The position numbers were made by a program, and so were the translations under genes. The notes beneath the pieces are model-generated. The model was given only the letters and a program-made list of their open reading frames with translations, had not been told where the DNA came from and searched no databases. DNA of 61,788 nucleotides, counting the filler, from Choristocarpus tenellus KU-1152 (Eukaryota > Protista > Phaeophyceae), in NCBI GenBank assembly GCA_964200185.2. It is 10 parts of 10 records of this genome, joined end to end, with 100 filler letters (N's around TTAATTAATTAA, not from the genome) between each part and the next. Parts side by side here need not be neighbours in the genome. Positions count along the whole stretch, not along the records: positions 19,238 to 31,707 come from CAXNAD020001825.1; positions 31,808 to 34,837 come from CAXNAD020022820.1; positions 34,938 to 38,341 come from CAXNAD020020269.1; positions 38,442 to 45,340 come from CAXNAD020007113.1; 6 more parts are not named here. One strand, 5' to 3'. Below are positions 27,301 to 39,226 of this stretch, one piece after another (positions within the stretch are counted from its first letter, which is position 1; each line of letters starts with the position of its first letter).

Positions 27301-28034
27301 TTGGACCAATCCTTGCTCGAAGCGGAGGTTCATTCTCCGGTGTCAAAGGTTGAGAAGAGAGAGAAACCGTCATTACCTTCTTTTCTGGTAGATCGTCCAG
27401 TCCAAATTTCGCGTTCAATAGTGGTGGGTGAGGTTTATCCACCAAAGACAAAGTTGAGTCTACCTCCTGGTGGTCGTGAGGGTGACCCAAAGCTTGCTTC
27501 GAGAAAATCAGCCTTAAGTGGAAATGTTGCTGTGAGTAAGGATGGCAGGCTTGTAAGCGTGCACATGATTCGGGGACCTACAGGAGGCCTGGGTATTGAC
27601 CTTCGGAAGCAAGGAGAGCACTTGGTGAGAAAGTGGATCCATGCTTGGTCGTGAATCTTGATCAACGAGCTGAAAGCCTTCAAGTTGTTTTTTTGCCCTA
27701 GTCATCTGTTGTAGCCTGAGCTATACTGAGCTCCTTTCTTGAGATTCTCTCTATATACAAGAGACCCCTGTACTACGATCATACCCTTAATTTGAAAAAC
27801 AGCCAATGCTACCACCCTCCTCTATCCTGCTTACATTGTGTGCAGGTTGTGAAGGGAGTTCGACCGGAGGCTGTATTCACTGGGGAAGAGTATTTGATGC
27901 CTGCTGACACAATTCTGACTGTCAAAGGACAGTCCTATTCATCTTTCAGTGAGGGGGTGGCGCTTCTGAAGTCAGAGGCCAGTACAGGGGCGAGCTTCCA
28001 TGTAACAGTGCTTCGCTCAGAGGAGAACAAATAG
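20481..28034 (+). CDS. DNAJC13: RME-8/DNAJC13 (GRV2-like) C-terminal ~900 aa plus terminal PDZ domain; 5' part off-contig. Exons 20481-20644, 21053-21237, 21519-21581, 21928-22035, 22576-22785, 23348-23454, 23858-24213, 24535-24620, 25114-25395, 25780-25860, 26169-26309, 26893-27624, 27846-28034
   Basis: RME-8 hallmark motifs SRFLP...AFDASHETPELVW, LPADFRVR...EVTVGGVYLRLFLRSP...LKNPGTFL and WGKYSDQDHSLFL. All 13 exons are phase-compatible (one GC donor). Confidence 0.85.
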
Positions 28035-28661
28035 ATGGTAGAGCGTTGATGCCGAGGATGTTTTTACATCAAGGAGTCTGTGGCAGTATTGCTCTAGTAA
28101 GTAAGTGGAACTGCCTGTCTATACCTGTGGGCTCATTTTCTGTTGTGCTTTGAAGTTCGGAGAGGAGCTTTGGGACGTGATGTTGAGTGTCAACCCTTAC
28201 TAGAATATTGGTGGTGACACCGTACACATTGTTCTGGCACCCTAAGAGTTTGTGACATCTTTTATCATGTTTGGGGTATTTGCTCCTGTAAATGGTAGGG
28301 AGTAGTGTTTTGTTGACCCTGATCCTTAACTGTATGTAGAAGCAACTGCACAGGAATTTGCTGTATCAGAAGTCAATTGTAATTATCTCTTTTTCAGGTG
28401 TCAGGGCTGAGAGATCCTCTCGTTTGTTCAAACACTTTTTTCATAGCACTGACCTTGTGGGGCTTCAATTGACTTCATATGATGAATCACCATCTCTTGC
28501 CCTGTGTTGGGGACTTCTGAGCCCTTTGATGTCCTGCAGGATCACCGGTTGAGTAAGTGATGATGAGGTACCTTGTTAACTACTGCTACAGCTCTCTGCA
28601 ATGCTGTAAACTGAGCCAAGAGCTGTTCCAATATGGGCATGTGCAATGTACATTTTTTCAT

Positions 28662-31540
28662 TCACAAGCCCTTTAGTCTCATGCCCAGATCCGTACAACT
28701 GGCGTATCTCCGTAGAGACCTTGTTATCTGTGTACGCTCTCCCTCCTTTCTGCCACTGATGGACGAGTCCTTTGATGGGACATCTCTAGTCTTACCCCCT
28801 TCAAAGCTTTGTACAAACTGTTCTCCGGTAACCTTGCCTAGTGTTGCTGATACTGCCACTTCGCCTCTTACACACTTTTTCTCGACCTTAGTTGGTGCTT
28901 CAAACAGTCGTGGGAGGTGTGAAAATGACTCTCGACGCTTCAGGCGTTCTGCCGTGATTGCATGAAGGGCTCTTGTGGCTGATGGAAGATGCTGATTGGT
29001 AAACAGATTAGGTCCGGTAAAGAATACAGTAGCAGAAGGAAGAGACGCAAGGGATAAGGGATAGGAGGATCAGAGCTGGGAGCGAAAACATGCCAAAGGA
29101 AGAGAGATTATGTAGGAACTCCCTTGCTTTGTTCATCTACTACTTCTCCACACTCACCTTTAGTGAAACATGAACCACAGCTCTTTTTCGAGGCCATGTG
29201 CGAGGGTCCTCTGAGCAGGTGCTTCCTTCTCTTGCCGTGCTGTTGCCCTCAACATTCTGCTGAAGAGCTTTTCTTTCTTTACCACCCACTTCCAGGGACC
29301 TGTCAGCATCAATTGGGTCCTCACTATCTCCTTGACTGTGCCAACCTAGGCGAAGGTTAGCAATCTCTTGACGCACTTTCTTGCTCTTGACTACTTGAGC
29401 CTTAGACTTGAAGGTGGACCTTGTTATTGCTCTGCAAGCAATGAGACCAATGGCAGAAAATAATGTAAATTGACAAAAAGGAATTGTGCGATCAATTAGT
29501 GGGATGTTCTTGAATGGAATCCACCTTGAAGTAGGTTTCAGGGTAACTGATAGGCATGGATGAAGAAATAATAGTATATTTTCATGTCCACTGCGCCTCG
29601 CTCTTCTGCAATGATAGGTACTCCAGCAAAGACCTGTGCATACCAACAACATAATTATTGTAGACTTCCAGTTGATTCACCTGCATCGGAAGCGCCCCCG
29701 GGTCGGAATTTGGGTGTCCCAAGCAGGTGGTGAACCCGTCACATAGTTGCGATTGAATCGCATGCCCAGAAGATTGAGGCATGGGTCTTTTCTGTCCAAT
29801 TCTGTTGAAACAGAGTGATGGGAATGAATAATTAGTGGTTGCTGAAGCAATTGCTAAGTATTGAAACAAAAATGATCCGACTGATATTTTCTGGTTAGCT
29901 ACATTGAAGTAGTACCATGACGCTCAAAATTCTCCACACAATACTTCTTTGTGTGCACTAAGATCTGTCAGAAATCTCGCTTCCAATTCCATTCTTCCTT
30001 CTCATTCACATGCACAAACTTCGCAGTAAAGGTACATGACATTCATTTAGCACTTGCCGAGAAGAAGAGCTGCGATCTGCCTATCCTCAAAAGATCGGAA
30101 GTCCAGCTTGTAGTCACCATCTGGCTTGGTGGGCATATATAAGGCAACACGTCCGAGCCTTGCCTCTGCATGCGACAACTCCTCATCTGTCAGTTGTCCG
30201 AGGCATCTGTGTAGTAAGGTGGAATGGTTAGCGAAAGCTTAATGTAGAATATCGATTGCTGAAGTTAACCCCATCCCCACAAGTCAATGATATGCCATGT
30301 CAATGAAGTGACACGTACATAGTGAGTACATAAATGTGTGTCTAATTTGTGTTAGATAGTGACTGATGCAAGACACTTTTTGCACAATGGTTATCTTTGA
30401 ATACACAGATTAGTCCTTTGTGTTTGCCAGTTTTGTCTTCATGTAATTGAGAACTTGAGGGCAAACATGCACACGCATGCGCATGTACACACTCAAACAC
30501 AACACATGGCTACTCATGTGTTTTTGAAGTAAATGCACCTTGCTCAAGGTCACCTGAAGCTAATTTTTCACTGTGGCTTTCAACCGGAGGTTTTTTCTCA
30601 AGGTTGTGGCACCAACATGTTTCGTCCTCAATGTTGGACGTAACGGTAAGGATATTGAAGCTAGGTGTTTGATTGGTCACTTCTTTGTCACAGAGAGTTG
30701 TACCAACAAACTATTGGTACACGCTGGTTATTCAACATTGTTAAATGGCCCCATTAACAGCTCAAAGATGAACTCACAGATCAAGGTTGTGCTCATCGGT
30801 GAGGCGACTGAAGAGAGTCACAAAGGCTTCTTCGCGCTTGGTGCTCTCCCCCCCCTGGTATGTTTCAGGTTCAAATTCACTTGATACGAGCTGTAACAGG
30901 TGAACAACCTAAGAGACAGGAGAAGCAGTTGGAAGACAATGCTGATGAGTCAAAGCACGTGAGAGGTACCCATATATATGTGCAAAATTCAACTTTTCTT
31001 GGAAATGCAGATTGGATATCTTCTGAGTTCCATCTAAAAAAGTCTCAAACAATGGAGAAATTAACGCTCTCAAGTCAAACTTAGCACTTCATCCATTTAG
31101 AAATATGGGTGAATTGCAACAGATTGAAAAACCGGCTTCAAATGCAAGACAGCCACAACCTTGATACCCCTCGTTTAATTTGACTCGATACTTGGCACTT
31201 GACCACTCAGAGAACTCAAGGACCTCATCAAACCAAGAAACAAAATTTGCATCTGGCCTAGACACACCTGCATGCAGTCAAAGTATGCCACGTGACACAG
31301 GGTACGCAGAAGATTAATTGGATTAATTTTTTCCCCTGGTATCTCCCTTTGAAGGCGTTGTATCAGCTCTTGAAATGCTGGCTGGGGCATTGGTGTTGCT
31401 GACACAGGTGCTCGTATGTAATGCAAGAAGTCAAAAGACACTTGGGAGAAGGCTGGGAGTGCTGGGTACTTCTTCTTCATGGGGGGTTTGGAGCTGGGTG
31501 GCTTTCTATTAACTGTTTTCACTGAGACCCCTGCTTCACA
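28662..31540 (-). CDS. 3' part of an uncharacterised algal/oomycete-type protein. Exons include ~31320-31540, ~31165-31268, 30778-~30908, 30058-30206, 29681-29801, 29158-29431, 28662-28991; 5' end off-contig
   Basis: Spliced peptide FSRLTDEHNLDLCLGQLTDEELSHAEARLGRVALYMPTKPDGDYKLDFRSFEDRQIAALLLELDRKDPCLN...PPAWDTQIPTRGRF resembles the 'RLG..P..PDG.Y.LD...DR.VA' repeat I recall from LRR-containing protist proteins. Convergent with DNAJC13. Upstream exon borders are approximate. Confidence 0.6.
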
Positions 31541-32206
31541 AAGGAAACACATGCCAGTGAGGTGGTAACATGGACTGAGTATTAATCATTTAAATTGTGT
31601 GTGTGTGTGTGTGTGTGGTGGGGGGAGGGGGGGGGGGGGGGGGGGGGATTGTTGGGGGGGGGGGGAGAAATTATTTTTTTAAGAATTTTTTTTTTTGGAG
31701 ATTTTTCNNNNNNNNNNNNNNNNNNNNNNNNNNNNNNNNNNNNNNNNNNNNTTAATTAATTAANNNNNNNNNNNNNNNNNNNNNNNNNNNNNNNNNNNNN
31801 NNNNNNNAAAAAAGAATTGAAAGAGGGGGGTGGGTGCGGGGGGGGGGGTGGGGAGGAGAGAGAAGAGAGAGGGGAAACGAAACTTGTAGGTTCCTTTTTG
31901 TCTTACAATATATATACATAGATATTTTTTGTCTTACAATATGTACAAATATATGCGGCAAACATGCATGTGTATCCATCGTAAATAGTACTACATAGTG
32001 TAGATGCTCTTAGGTGCATTCATTGATTAATCCTAACTCTAACTCTAAGATGTACTCAAGGAAAGGGAAGGCTAACACTAACCCTACTGAACAAATATTT
32101 GACCTACATTATTATATATTTTACGCAGTTCACATTTGAGTAACACAATAATTATTACTATTGATGTATGCGGTGAGGGAAGTGGACTTCACTTTTTTCT
32201 ATGAAC

Positions 32207-32308
32207 AGTATATTATTACAAATATTAATCAAGAGTATATTATTACAAATATTAATCAAGAGTACATTATTACAAATTTAATCAACAGTGTAATATTACA
32301 AATATTAA
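32207..32308. repeat. AT-rich minisatellite, ~27-bp unit x4
   Basis: agtatattattacaaatattaatcaag repeated. Confidence 0.85.
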
Positions 32309-33639
32309 AGGGAGGCTAACACACACATTGCATGTTCCAGTCCACTGCTGTTGCTCTTTATATACAACACTATCAAAACCTTCAATACACATTATCAACA
32401 CTATCAACAATAACAAGATTAACTACATAAAAAGGGGGTGGAAGATCAGAAAATTGCAACATTTTCATATAGTTCTGCTACTGCTGTGAATCAAAAGATT
32501 GGGTGACAAAAAAGCACCATCAAACTGGCTAAAATTGTCAGATATTAGGATTAAGGTTAGGGCACTCTTGATTCATGATAGCAGTTCAACAGCTACCTTC
32601 CCATCCAGAACACTACCACAACTGATAGATGCAAGCTTACATACAAAGAGAAAGAAGGCTGGTCAGCCCTTCATAAACTAAGAGACACCTAAAGGTCAAC
32701 AATGTCATGCAAGATACTACATGCAAGATACCTCACAGCATATTATTCATATTTCAATCTCACACACTGTGAGTATATTCAGCAATTGGTTCATGTCCAA
32801 ACTAGGTAGATAAATACTATTTAACATAAAAACAATGTAGCAGAACAATTTTTCCCATCCTTAGAACATATTCTTAAAACTATTCCAACAATATTTATAT
32901 AACTTTCTTAACAACAATGGACACTTCCAAAAAAGAAGAATGGCACCATTACCTCAAATCCCTGACTTGCCCATGCTGAATTTCATCCACCCTCAACCTA
33001 CTCATTAATAAAACAACCTTTTAAATAACAAAAAGGGTTAGGCCCACCCCAATACCCTAACACTACAATTAAAATTAAAATTAAACAGATCTGATGCACT
33101 TGAATTGGCTGGAACTCCTTCAAACATTTCAATATCCATTTTTCCATTATACATATTGACATTACTTTATTACTTTATTAATATTATTTTACACCATACT
33201 AAATTATTTTCCTATCATATGCAAGTGATGACTACAGAATCAATTCCCACTTACACAACAGACACACATAACACTACCTACCAAGTGTACGATCAATTCA
33301 CATCATGTCTATTCACATCAGTTGAGATTAAACAAACAAACAAAAAAGATGTACCATTAATTAACTGAGAGTCAAACCCACCAAATATTTCCGCAAAAAA
33401 TCGCCTTTCCACCAATCAAACAGCCCAAATACCACAGCAGTCAAATAGGATAGATATTACTACACAACATCATTATAATTTGATTACAATTTGATTATAA
33501 CTATCACTCAGCACAACAAGAAAGACCTTCCAAGTAACAAACACATACACACTGACAGCACTACCCCAGTTCAATGTTCCCCAAGCACACCTACTTACCC
33601 CTCTACCCTCCCCCCAGCCCTTCCCTTCCCTTCCCTTAC

Positions 33640-33839
33640 CTGTACCCTCGGGGTACTGGAGTGGTTAGCAAACGCTCACACATTCCCAAGGCATCAATCA
33701 GAGATGAGACCATCCTCTCCAGCTCCATCCTGTATGAAACCGAGACAAAATTTCCAGGGTCTGAGCTCACCCTGCCTCCCACTCCATCCTTCGTTCCTTC
33801 CTCTCCATCACAGGTCTTGGACAGGATCTTAGACATTAT
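33640..33839 (-). CDS. Internal exon of a bestrophin-like (UPF0187/VCCN-type) anion channel
   Basis: AG/GTAAGG-bounded exon encoding LERMVSSLIDALGMCERLLTTPVPRGY, matching the G.CERI..TP.P..Y motif of bacterial-type bestrophins. Confidence 0.75.
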
Positions 33840-33846
33840 CTAGCGT

Positions 33847-33934
33847 GTGTTATTAGTGGGTGTTATCAGTGGGTGGTATAGTGGGTGTTATTAGTGGGTG
33901 ATATTAGTGGGTGTTATCAGTGGGTGATATTAGT
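33847..33934. repeat. Minisatellite, ~14-bp unit x6, immediately upstream of the bestrophin exon acceptor
   Basis: gtgttattagtggg variants in tandem. Confidence 0.85.
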
Positions 33935-35082
33935 TGCATGCAATAAAAAAATAAAATTTTGTGAGTTGTAAGGACTAGAGTTAGGATTAGAAAAATTAGA
34001 AGGATACCTTCGGTAGTAATATTGTGTATCACAAGCACTCAATCAAATCTTAACTATTTGTAAAAAAAATACATACACAGCAAACAGTATCATTCAGCAT
34101 CATACAGTATAGTTCAGTATCATTCCATACAATAACAGCAGCACCTGTGAGTATATATTTTAGTATGCAGAAAGCACCAACCATACAAGGGCATGAGAAA
34201 AGCAACATGTTTCTCAAAATCAAATTGTTCACTAGATTAAACAATATGTGACATGCTACAATACACCACATTAGTAAACCAACTGTTCGATGTTTATCTG
34301 TTGACAAATAACAAATACGTAACTGGCATTAAATTGAAGTATAAAAATGCAAGTATATAAATATAACTATATAAATAATTTCACTCTTTTCTTTGATAGC
34401 TGGTTGGTTCTTCATATGCCTATTCACACCTAACCCTAACCCTAACTCCAAGTATATAAACACAAATACCATGTACTACTCTAATGATATCAACGTAAAT
34501 ACTTCATACTTAACCACTCTTCAGTACAAGAGTTACCATGTGCAATCAGATCCGCTGACTGGAATCATCTACCAAAACATAAATAATTAACTATACCAAT
34601 ACCCTCAAGTGTTGCTTCTAACGGTCTAAGGGTTAGGGTTAGGGTTAGCAACACAGTACACATCATTTGAGGATCAATCACCACAAGGACAACACTGAGG
34701 TACTTTGGTCACAACAACCTTGACCGCTCTGTGGTGCTCTAGGGTTATGACTCTGTAGTGCTCTGTACCTCTAATGCTTCTCTTAGGATTAGGATTAAGA
34801 TTGAGGGGGGGGGGACTGGTGCTCCATATTATACCACNNNNNNNNNNNNNNNNNNNNNNNNNNNNNNNNNNNNNNNNNNNNTTAATTAATTAANNNNNNN
34901 NNNNNNNNNNNNNNNNNNNNNNNNNNNNNNNNNNNNNAATATCGTATATAGTTTGTACTTATCAGAACTCGAGAAACAATCCTCACACTATACGCCTGTC
35001 ACAAATGTTGGTATTTCCTAAAACATGAGGAGAAAATGCTCGCGCTATTCGCGTGTAACAAATGTTCGCACTTCGTTGAAAT

Positions 35083-35340
35083 GAGCCAAATTATCTTAGA
35101 GGGTACAGCCGCGTCCATTTGGGGACCACAATTCAATTTTGCAATTTTGATGTGATTTTGACTACCATGTTTGTTAGGAGATGTCAATATCCTTGTCTGG
35201 ACACTCCTTTTCATAGAGTATACATTTTACCTACTCCGAAACATTTTGGAGTAGGTAAAATGTCAATAAGAACCCATGGGAAGCCAAGCCCCACATGAAC
35301 AAACAGGACAAAATTCGTAGCCTCTTCGATACTTTCACTC
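35083..35340 (+). mobile_element. MITE family A copy 1 (Sola2-like non-autonomous element), TSD AAAT
   Basis: GAG...CTC termini, ~26-bp imperfect TIR, AAAT on both sides, internal perfect 16-bp stem at 35222-35263. Confidence 0.85.
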
Positions 35341-36196
35341 AAATACAACAAGAAACGCTCGCGCTATTCGCCTGTAACATATTATCGTGTTAAGACACCC
35401 TCTACTGTTTTCATGACGAATGTTGTGTAATAAAAATAGTGGTAGTACACAGTTAAGGGATTTTCGGGATACAAATGTTGTCAAGCTGTCGAAAGGCGAA
35501 CGAACATCAACTATGATGGTTATTGGGTTTGAGGCCGTGTGCAGTGTGGGACTATGTCCAGGTGGTGGGGAGAGTGTGGATCATTGTGACTCGGACAGAC
35601 TAAGGGTGTGGGAGGAAGTCGTTGTGGGATGTGACGTCGTCTGGGTCCAATGTGGGTATTTACAGTGCATCCAAATTAATCAAGAGGGAGAAAGCACGAA
35701 GAATAGGGGTATGGAACGTGGTCGCCCGTTGTGTGGTGAGTGTTTGCAGGCCCAAGCTGGACACAGAACACGAACATTGTCTAGATTCATGACGAACCTC
35801 AAAGGTGCATCAATTTGAGACGGTAATGGAGAGAGTGAAATACTACAGATCAAACATGTGTCCGGGAACAGGGTTGATGCGCTTTGGAGGTGGCCAAGGT
35901 AAACCAGGTGGTTGTTCCAATGTTAATAGGAACTCTACAACAAGGCGTATATTCGACAAGATGCGGGGTGGAAAGATGTTTTTGATGACCTTGCTTTCGA
36001 CAATGTTCCTATGAGGGAATAAGCGACTGGTTAAAGAGAGACACATTGGAACAACCCGGCGAACATATATCACCCTAAAAGGATACTGCACAGGGAGGAA
36101 TCTACGTGGGGTGAGAGTGTGTACTATGACAAGTGAGAGGAAAGGATACAGACAAGGGCCGTGAGTAATGAACTACACAGTACCGGGGTCACGTGA

Positions 36197-36236
36197 TGGC
36201 ATGTTATGGCATGTTATGGCATGTTATGGCATGTTT
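36197..36236. repeat. 10-bp tandem repeat x4
   Basis: (tggcatgtta)4. Confidence 0.9.
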
Positions 36237-37337
36237 CGTACAGGCTAGGCGAGGAAAATTGATTTTATAAATCGTTATGCGTGGTGTTTGCCGAGTGTGA
36301 TGAGAGGATTTGTCATATGTGCATGGAGATGAATGCTCTGAACGGAGGGTGCACATTTCTTCTGTGCAACTCACCTCCTTCCATTCATTGTCATCATGAA
36401 GACCAGTGGTTAGCGAGCGCCTCTCCTGGTCCGACATTAGGGCTAGACGGAGTGGACATGGTGCAAACGAGGCAGGGGATACCGATAGGGAGAGAGAAGA
36501 CAAGTTTTGAGCTTTGGGTTAGGTCCAGCTGGCAGGGATGTGGCAGGCGGGCTCAGTCCATCTGGAAGGTAACGCACCTCCTCCCCCTTCCTCAGGGAAG
36601 TCTGGTGGTGTTGATTTCTTCTGCTATGGTCTAATACCACATTGTATATGGGATACTAAGAAATCAAAATCATCTCAAATCTACATCTTGGGAATGTGCA
36701 TACGATGTTGTATAACCCCTCGGGACCCGTTGGTTGGAGCGTTCCTTTTTGTTGGAATCCACATCGAAACTATTTGACGTAAATTTTGGTCTCCATATCT
36801 ACTTGATGTTGAGAGTAATATTAAATACCAACCCATCAAGAGCATCATATTTTTCATGTGTGAAAGTAGCTTCTATTATGAAAATTCGTAGAAGAGATCA
36901 TATATGTGTTTCTTAACAAAGATGAGGCACAGTGTTGGTAGTTGCCTCCCGCATCAACTTTGTCATGCCAAAACTCTGTTCAACAGCGAATTTGTTCATG
37001 AAAATCTGTTAGCTGTAATCGCATAATCGCATAATCATGCTTAACCTTATTTGATGGGTCTCGGTTGGTCAACTTACAGCAATCGTGAGAACTACTAGAT
37101 CATACTTAAATCAAGTAGTCTGCGCGCGCGTTTCGTGCGGGGGTGCCATGCTGAACGCGAGAACGGTGCATTTAAAGACGATTTCGATGCCAGAAGAGGC
37201 AACCTTCACCCAGAGAACATGCGCGTTGTTGTCTCTCCATTCTCTTTCCATTATTCCCATTTATGTGATGTTGACACCTGCTGACTAAGGCTCACGCATG
37301 GGGGTCCAGACCTCTGAACCAAACAATCCCTGCCAAG

Positions 37338-37650
37338 TCAAATGAGGTATTCTGAAGGTGCAAACCTCTTGTGAGACTTAAATGTCTTGTACATCCTGTT
37401 GAATTTGATGCATTCCATACCTTTCTCGTTGGAATATATCAGGTGGTAAGCAATAATCATCCTGAAGAGCCTCTCTACAATTACTCTGGACAGCCCCCCT
37501 TCCTCCTTAAGACTGACAGGAATGTTCGATCTCATTTCAGGCAACGTGTAGTCACAGTGGCCTCATCCATGGTACTTTGCCCGCTACCAGACCATCTCTA
37601 TCGGGTTCAATTCACAGTGTCAAGTGAGGGGCAGGCAACACCTTGGAGCT
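37338..37650 (-). pseudogene. Tc1/IS630-superfamily DDE transposase C-terminal remnant
   Basis: HCELNPIEMVW*RAKYHG*GHCDYTLPEMRSNIP...KTFKSHKR, the NPIE..W motif, with internal stops. Confidence 0.8.
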
Positions 37651-37764
37651 CATTTTGCGTCACAGTGTCCTGTGAGTGGTTTAAACAGTGTTAAGCCGAG
37701 GTCCGTCCACGTACCGTTTTGGTGGTTACCAATCTTTATATTTTTGAAAAGGTTAGCGAACGAG

Positions 37765-38260
37765 TTAATCGACGATGTGGATGTAGGCTATCGATTTCTG
37801 CAAAGAAATTCTTCGGGAAAGATGTTTTTGATCGTGATAATTCATTCCGAAACATTTTCAAGGTTGTGCCGAAAACATTCGGTTAAAATTTAACCTTACC
37901 AAAATAATTTTGTAAAATAATTTCTTTGCGGAAATCGATATATAGCTTAGATCAAGGGCTTTCATTTGCTGATCGTCGTTTAATTCGTTGGCCAACCTTT
38001 AAAAAAAAAATCAAGACTGGTCTCATCCTGAAGGTTACTGCCAACACTCTATCTAAAAGCTATATATCGTTTTCCGCAAAGAAATTATTTTGCAAAATTA
38101 TTTTGGTAAGGTTAAATTTTAAACGAATGTTTTCGGCACAACCTCGAAAATGTTTCGGAATAAATTATCACGACCAAAACTATCTTTCGCGAAGAATTTC
38201 TTTGCGGAAATCGATAGCCTAGTTCCACAGTTTTCATTCGATAAGCTGATCGTCGATTAA
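37765..38260. repeat. Foldback (long inverted repeat) element, ~170-bp arms around a ~100-bp spacer
   Basis: 37784-37951 is the near reverse complement of 38052-38221. Outer ttaatcgacgat/atcgtcgattaa pair. Confidence 0.85.
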
Positions 38261-38620
38261 ATATACATTATTATGCCCTCTGACATTTTGCAGATGTGTC
38301 AGGGGGAAAACCAATGAAAACTATACATATGTCGTTATTAGNNNNNNNNNNNNNNNNNNNNNNNNNNNNNNNNNNNNNNNNNNNNTTAATTAATTAANNN
38401 NNNNNNNNNNNNNNNNNNNNNNNNNNNNNNNNNNNNNNNNNCCCGCCACCCACAGTACTGCCTTCCACTTTCTTATGAACACCTTCAAATGTTAACTGCA
38501 AAGTACAAAAAACAGATCTATGCAGGTGGGCTCTGATCTAGGCAAAGAGTGAAGGCGGGGCGGGGCGGGGCAGCAGGGTAGGGTGGGGCACGAACACACA
38601 CAGACATCCGCACGCCTCAC

Positions 38621-39189
38621 TTCAGGTCAAACTCTGCATAGGAGAGGGTCTTCTCCCTGACCTCTCTTGGATCCTTCCCCTTCTGGTATGCCTCCTTTGC
38701 CTGCACTGCTAGCTTACGGCGTTTCACCTGTGCATGTGTCAACACAACAATAGGAGATACAGCGAATTGCATTACCCCCCAAATAAATACTTGAGAGCTG
38801 TTTAGGTAGAGGTGTAGTCTAGTCCACCTAATCAAACACTGCGTGCCAGAGAGTCTACACCAGTTTGACCCTCGGGCAGGGGGGGGTTCTTCCACTTTGC
38901 TCTGGGGTTGCAGGAACCTGTCCTCTATCTTACACCTTCACTCACACCGTACATCTGATTCATGAAAAACCTGCGAATGTAAGAAAATGTATATTAAAAA
39001 AATACATTTAAATAACTACCAAGGTGTTGGAAACCCCGACGTGGTTTTCCTGAGCACCGGAAGCATGCATGGGGGAAAATGTATGCAGGCTGGCTGATTG
39101 TGTGTCGAAGACACACATGACTGAACTACAATGTACCATCCAATACCCGACAGAGAAGTAAGTCAGTCTAAAGTTCCAAATATCATTAA

Positions 39190-39226
<37 letters not shown>

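Noticed and set aside
30540-30660. Exon-like open stretch in the minus-strand gene
   Set aside because: Its end phase is incompatible with the next exon; the direct 30778>30206 join preserves frame and motif.
35400-36650. Several 70-130 aa ORFs on both strands
   Set aside because: No recognisable motifs or consistent splice pattern; probably decayed repeat, unassignable without a search.
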